Below are positions 7,403 through 15,214 of a DNA stretch of 20,000 nucleotides, one piece after another. Origin of the DNA: Candidatus Aminicenantales bacterium (lineage in GTDB: Bacteria > Acidobacteriota > Aminicenantia > Aminicenantales > Saccharicenantaceae). Location of the stretch: positions 112,706-132,705 of the forward strand of contig JBEKXF010000002.1 of the NCBI GenBank assembly GCA_049512315.1. Reading direction: 5' to 3'. Under the pieces are notes generated by a model. It was not told where the DNA came from, ran no database searches, and was given only the letters and a program-made list of their open reading frames with translations. The translations under genes were made by a program, and so were the position numbers. Position 1 is the stretch's first letter. Each line of letters begins with the position of its first letter.

Positions 7403-9139
7403 ATGAAATCTCGAAAAATCCCGTCCTTGGCCGGAGTCTTCTTCCTCACGGCCCTTCTGGCCGGGGCCCTCGCCAGCCAGAAAGCGGCCCCGCCGAAACT
7501 CGCTCAGGACGATCTCCTCGCCCCGCGCGAATCCTGCACGTCCATCCTCGTGGGCAAGGACGCCTCGGTCGACGGTTCGGTCATGACTACTCATACCTGC
7601 GACTGCGGGATCTGCGACTGGACCTGGCGTCACGTGCCGGCGGCCGACCACAAGCCCGGCTCGACGCGCCGGATCCTCCACATTTCCCAGTACAAGACCT
7701 GGCCGCCGTCGGAGGGTCTCAAGTGGGACCTGGTCAAGAAGGATTACGCCGGATTCGACATCCCGGAGGTCCCGCACACCTACGGCTATCATCACGGGAT
7801 GTTCGGCTACATGAACGAGAACCAGGTGGCTATCGGCGAATCGTCGATCGGCAACCAGCGCAAGCTGTCGAACCCGACCCCTGCGGCCGGCCTGGACCTC
7901 ACCATGCTGACCCTTCTCGCCATGGAGAGGGCGAAGACGGCCAGGGAGGCCATTCAGATCATGGGAAGCCTGGCCGAGAAGTACGGGTACGGCTTCCACG
8001 ACGAGGGTGAGATGCTCGCCGTCTCCGACCCGAACGAGGCCTGGATTCTCGAGATCCTGCCCGTGGGGCCGTTGTGGACGCCCAAGAGTGCCAAGCCCGG
8101 GGCCGTTTGGTGCGCCGAGCGCGTGCCCGACGACCAGGTCAGCGTCTGTCCCAACGAATCACGGATCGGCGAGATCGACCTGGCCAATAAGGACATGTTC
8201 CTCGCGTCGCCGAACGTCGTCTCCTCCGCGGTCGAGATGGGCTTCTACGACCCCAAGAGCGGCAAGCCCTTCAATTGGAAGAGGGCCTACTCCCCGCAGG
8301 AGGGCAGCGCCGTGAGCACGAACGGGCGGATCCAGAGGCTGTGGCGGTTCTTCGACCTCTCCGCCCCTTCCCTGAAGCTCAGGCCCGAAACGCCCAACAT
8401 GGACCTTCCCTTCTCCGTCAAGCCGGACCGCAAACTATCTCTCCAGGACGTCATGGACATGACCCGGGACCGGAGCTACGGGACGCCCTTCGACCCCGTC
8501 CAGGGGATCCGCGGCGGGCCTTTCAAGAACCCCAGCTATTACCGGCAGACCCGGCTCATCGACGACGGCCGGGCCGAGTACACCACGGTCACCCAATGCC
8601 GCGCCTCCCTGCCCGGCCCCATCGGAGGGATCGTCTGGATCTCCTTCGGGTCCCAGGACACGGCCTGTTACATGCCCTTCTACGCAGGGGCTGCGGAGCT
8701 GCCGGGGTCTTTTGCCGTCGGGGACCATTGGACCTTCAGCCGCGATTCGGCCCGCTGGGCGTCCGACTATGTCGATTTCCACGTCCAGGTCGCCTACTCC
8801 GAAGCCATCAAGGACGTCAAGGCCGCCCAGGCGCGGTATGAGGGCGAGACGATCGCCCAGATCCCCGAAATCGACAGGCAAGCCCTGGAGCTTTACAAGA
8901 AGAAGCCCGCGGAAGCGACGAAGTTCCTGACGGCCTTCGGCCTGAACAACGCCAAGACGGTCCTCGACGCCTGGTGGAAGCTCGGCGACGACCTCTTGGT
9001 CAAGTACAACCGGCTCTATCTCTACGATACCCAGAAAAGGATCTACGAGCGGGGCAAGCCGGCCACGCCGGACTGGTGGAAAAAAGCGGTTCGGGTCTTC
9101 GATATCCTGTCGGAACCGGAGAAAAAGGACAACCGCTGA
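7403..9139 (+). CDS. Exported peptidase family C69, copy 2 (tandem paralog), 578 aa
   Basis: AGGAGG 7391-7396, ATG 7403. Signal peptide, CTSILVGKDASVDGSVM (Cys at 7535-7537), MNENQVAIGESS, LAMERAKTAREAI, NESRI; collinear with copy 1 over the whole mature region. Confidence 0.9.
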   Translation: MKSRKIPSLAGVFFLTALLAGALASQKAAPPKLAQDDLLAPRESCTSILVGKDASVDGSVMTTHTCDCGICDWTWRHVPAADHKPGSTRRILHISQYKTWPPSEGLKWDLVKKDYAGFDIPEVPHTYGYHHGMFGYMNENQVAIGESSIGNQRKLSNPTPAAGLDLTMLTLLAMERAKTAREAIQIMGSLAEKYGYGFHDEGEMLAVSDPNEAWILEILPVGPLWTPKSAKPGAVWCAERVPDDQVSVCPNESRIGEIDLANKDMFLASPNVVSSAVEMGFYDPKSGKPFNWKRAYSPQEGSAVSTNGRIQRLWRFFDLSAPSLKLRPETPNMDLPFSVKPDRKLSLQDVMDMTRDRSYGTPFDPVQGIRGGPFKNPSYYRQTRLIDDGRAEYTTVTQCRASLPGPIGGIVWISFGSQDTACYMPFYAGAAELPGSFAVGDHWTFSRDSARWASDYVDFHVQVAYSEAIKDVKAAQARYEGETIAQIPEIDRQALELYKKKPAEATKFLTAFGLNNAKTVLDAWWKLGDDLLVKYNRLYLYDTQKRIYERGKPATPDWWKKAVRVFDILSEPEKKDNR

Positions 9140-9150
9140 GGAGGAATGCC

Positions 9151-9804
9151 ATGAGTATCCTTTGTAAACTGACCATCCTCGCGACCGGCCTCGCCCTGCT
9201 GGCCGCGCCGGCCGCTCCCGCCCAGACCGTTCCCAAGGCCGGACTCCCCGTCCTGACGACGTCGGCCGGCCAGAGCACCGACGTCGAGACCCTCAATATC
9301 GTCATGGAGGAGGCCGGCATCAAGTATGATTACTGCGACGTCCCCACGGCAGACATGCTGGCGTCCGGCGTCGGCCTGGGCGGGAAACAGTCCGGGCCCG
9401 GCTTCCATGTCGAAGTCACCACCGACACCGCCAGGTTCCCCGTCGGGACGCCCTACAAGGCGGTCATCTTCGCCATCGGGGCCAGCCTGAAGGGCATGGG
9501 CGCCTCCGGGCTCACCCTCGAGAGTGAGGAGGCCCGGATCAAGAAGCTCGTCGACTTCTGCAAGCAGAAGAAGATCCTGATCATGGCCGTCCATATCGGC
9601 GGCGAGTCCAAGCGGGGGGCATCCGGCAGCGATAACGAGCGGATGATCGACGCGGTGGCCCCGTTCGCCGATTACCTCGTCGTCACCAAGGACAGCAACA
9701 AGGACGGCCGGTTCACCAAGCTGGCCAAGGGCCGAAACATTCCCTTGACCGAAATCGACTTTGCCCTCGGCCTCGTGGACATCCTCAAGCAGGTCCTGCT
9801 CTAA
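9151..9804 (+). CDS. Exported protein of unknown function, DUF6305-like, 217 aa
   Basis: AGGAGG overlapping the upstream stop (9139-9144), ATG 9151. Signal peptide ending APA-Q; motifs PVLTTSAGQS, GASLKGMGASG, HIGGESKRG, NKDGRF, which I recall from DUF6305 proteins (not verified by search). Confidence 0.7.
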   Translation: MSILCKLTILATGLALLAAPAAPAQTVPKAGLPVLTTSAGQSTDVETLNIVMEEAGIKYDYCDVPTADMLASGVGLGGKQSGPGFHVEVTTDTARFPVGTPYKAVIFAIGASLKGMGASGLTLESEEARIKKLVDFCKQKKILIMAVHIGGESKRGASGSDNERMIDAVAPFADYLVVTKDSNKDGRFTKLAKGRNIPLTEIDFALGLVDILKQVLL

Positions 9805-9880
9805 GACACGGAGGTTTGATCCGGCCTCTACGGGCGCGACCTCGGGCCCGTCGATATCCCGACCGGGGAGGAGATCACTC

Positions 9881-12205
9881 ATGAACCAGCGGATTTTCAT
9901 CAAGGCCACATTTCTCCTGTCGGCTCTGATCCTGATGACTTTTTCGCCCCCCGCCGGAGCCTCCGAGGCAATCCCCCGGGCCAGGTATCTTGCCTACGCC
10001 CGGGCCTCGGCCGATTGGGCCTACGCGCATTCCGCGGACGTGCTGACTCAATGGAAGAAGACCTTCGATCCCCTCAACGTCTTCGGCTACCGCCCCCCGG
10101 GAGGGTTCCTGGAAACGGCCGTCATCTATTCCTATCTTTATGAAAAGGAAAAAAAGCCCGAATACGCCGACCGGGCCAAGGCCATCCTCCTCTCCTATGG
10201 CGATTGCCGCTCCGCCTACCCTGAATCGTCCGTCAAGCTCAGGCCGGACTATGCCGAGGGCGTCCCGGCCCTGCCAGATTTCTTCACGGGCATGAGGTAC
10301 ATCCGGGCCTACGACACGCTGCGCCGCCTCGGCCGCTTCTCGCCGGAAGAGAAAATGAAGGCGGAAGGCCTCATTGCCGAGAGCATGCGCTACCTCCTTC
10401 GGACCCAGGAGTGGGGGCCGATGAACCGGTCCGCGCTCCGGGCCGAGTCCCTGGCCTGGGCTGTCCGGGCCCTCCCCGACTACCCAGAAACCCCGAAGTG
10501 GGAGATGCAGCGGCAGGCCTTGGGTAACGACAACTGGGGCCATTGGGAGATCGAGGACGCCACGATCTACAACGGGGTCTGGCTCTACTCCATCCTGGGC
10601 TACGCCGACGCCATGGGAAAAATGGATGATCTCTTCAAGACGCCGGAGATCTCCTATTATGCCCAGTATTACACGCACCTCATGAGCCCGGCCGGGATGA
10701 TCCCCGACTTCGGCGACGCCCATTGGATGTCGAACTGGACCCATTTCCTGGTCTTCTTCGAGGCGGCTGCGGCCCGCTTAAAGGCCCCCGCCCTCAAGTG
10801 GGCGGCGGACACAATCGCCGCCAGGTTCGTCGATTTCGCGAGCCCGGCCAACGTCGGGCTCGGGGCCATGCTCCTCGACTGTTACCGATGGGGAACGGAC
10901 GATGTCAGGCCGGCCCCGCCCTCCGAGCTGTCCGGAGAAGTCATGGAGGACATCGTGGGCAAAAAGATCGTCTTCCGGGACGGCTGGACCCCCCGATCGA
11001 CCTACCTCCTCCTCAATTACCGGGACGAGGGGGACGGCGGCCTGAACTATCGGGACTATCTGAGGGACTCCATCCCCGTTGAAGAAGAAAAGACGACTCA
11101 CGGCCACGCCGACGAGAACAGCCTCGTCCTCCTCATGTCGGGAGGCTCGGTCCTCCTCCATGACGCCGGCTATCGGGACTACATGCCGTCCGGCCCGTTC
11201 GGCGCGTATCGCCAGGACTATTTCCACAACCGGCTGTGCGTCCGGCCGGAGAAGGTCTGGATGGGGCAGAAACAGGGCGAGTATCGCTACAGCATCCGCG
11301 ACGCCGTTCCCGGCCAGGACCTCCTCGGCTTCCTCCGGGACGCCGGCTCCTACCGTCGGACGCGGACCCAAAAAGTCGACTTCCTGACGTTCCCGGACTT
11401 CGATTACAGCCGGACGCGTGTGACCGATGACAATTGGGGTTATCAATCCGACCGGGTCGTCGTCTATGTCAAGGATCCCGGGTGCTTTGTCGTTTTCGAT
11501 ATCTTCAAGGCCCTCCGCGAAGAATATTTCACCCTGGCCGGCCTCTGGCACACTCAGAAGATCTTCGCCCGGGGCGAACACTGGTATGACACCGGATATG
11601 AGAGGATCCAGAGCTCCGAGCTCGGGACGGACCGGCGGCTGCTCATCGCTTTTCCCTCCCCGCAGGCCGTGATCGAGGGGACGGAACCGGAGAGAAGACA
11701 TTACCAGGACGAGTGGTTGATCCATCAGACCAGGGCCCAGCATTTCGAGCTCGGCGGGACGGCCGTCCTCGTCTCCGTGCTCGTCCCCCACGGCGCTGCG
11801 GACGACCCCCGGCCATGGCTCGAGCGGATCTCGCTCGCGCCCGCCGGGCCGGAAGGAAAGGCCGTCGGCGTCAGGATCCGGAGCGGAGAGAGGGACGTCT
11901 GGATCGGCGTCAAGACGGACCTCCGGATGGACATCAGCCGCGATATGCGGCGCCCCCGCTACACCTACGACGCCGGCCGGATCCGGGTCGGGGAGATCGA
12001 GACGAACGGGGATTTCCTTTTCGCGTCCAAAGAGGAGGGCCGGCTGCGCTACACGATCGTCAACCTGACCAAAGCCCTGTTCAAAGGTTCGCCGCTCGTC
12101 GAGGTCAAGGACTCCCTCTACGGGCTGGCCTTCGACGCGAGCCCGGACCAGGCCGGGACCGGCAAGCTGCGCTACTGGAGGGACGAAGCTGTCATCAAGA
12201 GATAA
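9881..12205 (+). CDS. Exported heparinase II/III-like (polysaccharide lyase fold) protein, 774 aa
   Basis: GGAGGAG upstream of ATG 9881; signal peptide MNQRIFIKATFLLSALILMTFSPPAGA; helical N-half and beta-rich C-half; motifs EDATIY, IPDFGDA, HGHADENS, LLHDAGY, YFHNRL match the HxHxDxxS / DxGxY / HN pattern of heparinase II/III-like domains. Confidence 0.65.
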   Translation: MNQRIFIKATFLLSALILMTFSPPAGASEAIPRARYLAYARASADWAYAHSADVLTQWKKTFDPLNVFGYRPPGGFLETAVIYSYLYEKEKKPEYADRAKAILLSYGDCRSAYPESSVKLRPDYAEGVPALPDFFTGMRYIRAYDTLRRLGRFSPEEKMKAEGLIAESMRYLLRTQEWGPMNRSALRAESLAWAVRALPDYPETPKWEMQRQALGNDNWGHWEIEDATIYNGVWLYSILGYADAMGKMDDLFKTPEISYYAQYYTHLMSPAGMIPDFGDAHWMSNWTHFLVFFEAAAARLKAPALKWAADTIAARFVDFASPANVGLGAMLLDCYRWGTDDVRPAPPSELSGEVMEDIVGKKIVFRDGWTPRSTYLLLNYRDEGDGGLNYRDYLRDSIPVEEEKTTHGHADENSLVLLMSGGSVLLHDAGYRDYMPSGPFGAYRQDYFHNRLCVRPEKVWMGQKQGEYRYSIRDAVPGQDLLGFLRDAGSYRRTRTQKVDFLTFPDFDYSRTRVTDDNWGYQSDRVVVYVKDPGCFVVFDIFKALREEYFTLAGLWHTQKIFARGEHWYDTGYERIQSSELGTDRRLLIAFPSPQAVIEGTEPERRHYQDEWLIHQTRAQHFELGGTAVLVSVLVPHGAADDPRPWLERISLAPAGPEGKAVGVRIRSGERDVWIGVKTDLRMDISRDMRRPRYTYDAGRIRVGEIETNGDFLFASKEEGRLRYTIVNLTKALFKGSPLVEVKDSLYGLAFDASPDQAGTGKLRYWRDEAVIKR

Positions 12206-12211
12206 GGCGGC

Positions 12212-12733
12212 TCAGACGGGCAGGCCCTGCTGCTTTCTCTGCGCGTTCTTCTGGAGCTCCTGGCCGTCGGCGAGAAGTCCGGCCAGTTTGTCGAGGGTCA
12301 TCCGGATCTTGATATTGGCGAGCTTTCTTTTCCCCGACTTCTGGGTCTCGAAATGGGCCTGGAGGTAGCTCTCAACCTCCTGGGCGCTCATGATGTTCTT
12401 GACGAAGTCGTCGGCGGTGAGCTCCGCCTTCAGGTCCTCGAGCGTCTGGCCCTGGACGACGATCTTGTTCTCGACGAGCGCCTTGGACCTCCATTGCTCG
12501 AAATCCTTGGCGGCGTACACCGGAATGGGGCCCAGGAGCTTCTTGGCGTCCTGGAGCGTCTGATCGAAAAAGGCCTTCCCTTCCTTGAGGAAATTCCGGG
12601 CCCGGTAGTATTGGGGATCGCTCGCCGCGATGCGGTCTCCGAGGTAGTCCCTGAAGGTTTTGATGGAATCCGAGAGGAGCTCGAAGCACCGCGTCGCCCG
12701 AATGTAGATTTCGCGCTCGACCTGGACCTGCAT
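12212..12733 (-). CDS. Hypothetical cytoplasmic all-alpha protein, 173 aa
   Basis: Natural amino-acid composition (K/E/Q/L/A rich), GC-rich third positions, fills the gap without overlap, dedicated promoter upstream. No family recognised. Confidence 0.8.
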   Translation of the reverse strand: MQVQVEREIYIRATRCFELLSDSIKTFRDYLGDRIAASDPQYYRARNFLKEGKAFFDQTLQDAKKLLGPIPVYAAKDFEQWRSKALVENKIVVQGQTLEDLKAELTADDFVKNIMSAQEVESYLQAHFETQKSGKRKLANIKIRMTLDKLAGLLADGQELQKNAQRKQQGLPV

Positions 12734-12754
12734 TTTCCCTGAACCCTGGGCCTC

Positions 12755-12783
12755 AATCTAGCATAGGCCTGGTCCGAAGTCAA
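12755..12783 (-). promoter_or_regulatory. Sigma70-like promoter with extended -10 for the 173-aa gene
   Basis: Minus strand TTGACT (12783-12778), 17 nt spacer ending in TGc, TAGATT (12760-12755). Confidence 0.65.
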
Positions 12784-12810
12784 CGGGAGATTTAGGTCTT
12801 GATCCCAGCC

Positions 12811-14016
12811 CTATTTCCGGAGGATCGAGGCGGCGACGACGTTGGCGACTTTGCTCCGCATGGCGATGATCTCTCCCTTGTCGTCGGGGTGGACGCGGTT
12901 CGTCAGGAAGATGACGGCCGTCTTGGTCTCGGGGTCGATCCAAATCGACGTCCCCGTGTACCCCGAATGGCCGTAGGAGCGATAACTGAAAAGGTCGCCC
13001 CGGACCGTGCCGTAATCGGAGGTGAAGTCCCAGCCCAGGCCGCGGCCCGTGTCGGCGACCTTCGGGAAGACCTCCGTCATGCGCTCCACGGTGAGCGGGC
13101 TGAGGATGCGGACCCCGTTCCATTCGCCGCCGTTGAGCATCATCTGGGCAAAGACGGCCAGGTCGTCGGCCGTGGAGAATAGACCCGCGTTGCCTGAGAC
13201 GCCGCCCTGGAGCCTGGCCAGGGGGTCATGGACGACGCCGCGGAGCGGGCTGCCGTCCACGACCTGGGTCGGGACGCAAAGCGGGAGGAATTGGGGCGGC
13301 GGGTTGTAGAACGTCCGGCCCATTCCGAGCGGCTTGAAGATGTTCTCCGCCGCGAACTCGGCAATCGTCTGGCTGGTCACCTTCTTCACGATCCAGGCCA
13401 GGGTGATGTAGTTCAAGCAGCTATAGGTGAACTGCTTCCCGGCGGGGGATTCCTTGGGGATCTGGGAGATCACTTTGACGAGGTCTTCCGTGGAGCAGGG
13501 GTTGCCGTATTTTTTCTCGACCTCCTTGGGGTCCGTGTACGGCGGAAGTCCCGAGGTGTGGGTCAAAAGATGCCAGAGCCTGGCGTCGTCGGCCGGCACC
13601 CCCTTCTCCTGGAGGTAGACCGCGAAATCCGGGACGTAGGTCTTCACCTTGTCCCAAAGACGGATCTTCCCGCGCTCGACGAGGATCATGACCGAGGTTG
13701 CCGTCGCCACGGGCTTGGTGACCGAGGCCATGTCGAAGATCATATCCGTGGACATGGGCTTCGGCCCGGGCAGCCACTGGCTCTCCCCGAAGGCCCTTTT
13801 ATAGACCGTCTTGCCCATGCGGGTCACGAGGAGCACAGCCCCGGGGAAATCTTTGCGCTGGAGGGCTTCGTCGATGATCCGGTCGAGATAGGCCAGATGT
13901 TTCGATGACATCCCGACCTCCTCCGGCTTGGCGGCCGGGACCGGCTGCCCGGGGAGGAACGGAACGCTCCCCAGGAAGAGAAGGACGATCACCAGGAGCA
14001 TTGATGGCTTTTTCAT
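12811..14016 (-). CDS. Exported serine hydrolase, beta-lactamase/class C fold (AmiE/YbbE-like), 401 aa
   Basis: SD AAAGGAGG upstream; signal peptide; FDMASVTK (SxxK), LLTHTSGL, YSCLNY, GVVHDPLA, NAGLFS, GHSGYTGTSIWIDP, LTNRVHP. Confidence 0.88.
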   Translation of the reverse strand: MKKPSMLLVIVLLFLGSVPFLPGQPVPAAKPEEVGMSSKHLAYLDRIIDEALQRKDFPGAVLLVTRMGKTVYKRAFGESQWLPGPKPMSTDMIFDMASVTKPVATATSVMILVERGKIRLWDKVKTYVPDFAVYLQEKGVPADDARLWHLLTHTSGLPPYTDPKEVEKKYGNPCSTEDLVKVISQIPKESPAGKQFTYSCLNYITLAWIVKKVTSQTIAEFAAENIFKPLGMGRTFYNPPPQFLPLCVPTQVVDGSPLRGVVHDPLARLQGGVSGNAGLFSTADDLAVFAQMMLNGGEWNGVRILSPLTVERMTEVFPKVADTGRGLGWDFTSDYGTVRGDLFSYRSYGHSGYTGTSIWIDPETKTAVIFLTNRVHPDDKGEIIAMRSKVANVVAASILRK

Positions 14017-14052
14017 TGCGACCCCTCCTTTGCCCGGTTCCCAAGGCCGGGC

Positions 14053-15204
14053 CTATTTTTTCTCCGACTTCTTCGGCTCTTCCTTCCAGACAAGGCCGTC
14101 CTGCCGGATATGCCAGCTTGTGCCCGCCTTGTTAATGTAGACGGCTTCGAAGAGGCTCTTGGTGGTCTGGATGAGCGGCGGATACAGCCAATCCTTGACC
14201 TTCAACTCCTTCGCGTTCTTCAGCCCGAGGGAGCCGAGGTCGTCCGCGAAGGCCCCTTTCTCGTCGAGCTGGGCCCTCTCTCCATAATAGATCCTGCGCA
14301 GGGCCCACTTCACTTTCTCCTCGGGACGGTCGACGAACTTGTCGCCCCCCGAGCCCGCTTTTTTATCCGAGAACTGGACGTAGCCCCACATCTCGGGGTA
14401 ATGGATGTTGATGACTCCCTGCGGGGCCCACGTCCAATTGTCCTCGGGCAGCTCCCGCCCCGACGCCGGGTCCTTGGCCTTCGTGTACTTTCCGTTCTCG
14501 ACGTTCAGATAATGTTCGACCCTGGAGAAATTCATCCGCCACTGGTCGCCCGCCGCCGGCCGCTCGGGCTTCCCGGGGATGCATTCTCTGAGAACGCTGA
14601 ACGGGAGCGCGATCTCGAGCGTCCAGGCCTTGTCCCTGTCCGACGGGTCGTTGAGGGTCCCGTTAACGTAAACCGCCGTCTTGAGGCCCCTGATATCCCA
14701 GGCATGGACGGCGGGGCCGGCGTCCCGGTAAGGCCTTATAAGAAGCAGGTCCCAGACGGTGTTCAGGGCATTCATCTCGAGCTCGTAGTAATCGTGGGTG
14801 TCCCCATCCGGGTCGATGAAGGCCTCGAAGTCGTTGTCCTGGAAGATGATCGAGTCCCGCTCGGTCAGCGTGGCCCAGACGTTGGGCTCTTCAAGGTAGG
14901 CTCCGATATAGAGGAACTGGTCGTCCCAGAGCATCTGGACCCGGGTCCGGAAGCGGGGTCTGGGCTTACCGGAGCCTTCGATGTCCCCGAAGACCTCGGT
15001 CCAGCCGGCCTTCAGCCACGAATCCTCGCTGAGCCGGCCGTCGATCTGGATGGGGCCGGCCGCGCGCTGTGCGATATATCGGTTCGGCGAGAAGGGGATC
15101 TTGGGGGCGGGGACATTCATCAGTGGAACGGCAGTGAGTGACAGACATCCTCCGATGAAGCCGATGACGACGAGGGCGAGCCTCGAAGCACGGATTTTCG
15201 TCAT
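14053..15204 (-). CDS. Exported carbohydrate-binding family 9-like (DOMON-like) protein, possibly a lipoprotein, 383 aa
   Basis: GAGGAGG overlapping the upstream stop favours ATG 15204 over the track's 15243. IQIDGRLSEDSW, VQMLWDDQFLYI, DNDFEAFIDPDGD, YYELEMNALNT, WTLEIALPF, WRMNFSR; possible lipobox IGGC at residue 20. Confidence 0.8.
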   Translation of the reverse strand: MTKIRASRLALVVIGFIGGCLSLTAVPLMNVPAPKIPFSPNRYIAQRAAGPIQIDGRLSEDSWLKAGWTEVFGDIEGSGKPRPRFRTRVQMLWDDQFLYIGAYLEEPNVWATLTERDSIIFQDNDFEAFIDPDGDTHDYYELEMNALNTVWDLLLIRPYRDAGPAVHAWDIRGLKTAVYVNGTLNDPSDRDKAWTLEIALPFSVLRECIPGKPERPAAGDQWRMNFSRVEHYLNVENGKYTKAKDPASGRELPEDNWTWAPQGVINIHYPEMWGYVQFSDKKAGSGGDKFVDRPEEKVKWALRRIYYGERAQLDEKGAFADDLGSLGLKNAKELKVKDWLYPPLIQTTKSLFEAVYINKAGTSWHIRQDGLVWKEEPKKSEKK

Positions 15205-15214
15205 GCGACCCTCC

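Noticed and set aside
5519..7999. 826-aa minus-strand ORF with apparent internal repeat
   Set aside because: Antisense to the two C69 genes; its internal repeat simply mirrors their tandem duplication.
9805..9880. Small hairpins (GAGG/CCTC, ACGGGC/GCCCGT) before the heparinase-like gene as a terminator or riboswitch
   Set aside because: Stems are only 4-6 bp in GC-rich sequence, with no U-tract and no recognisable aptamer.
12811..14016. Calling the serine hydrolase a true beta-lactamase resistance gene
   Set aside because: It has YSC and HSG rather than the AmpC YxN and KTG motifs, plus VHD/NAGLFS features of amidase/esterase-like members; no mobile context.
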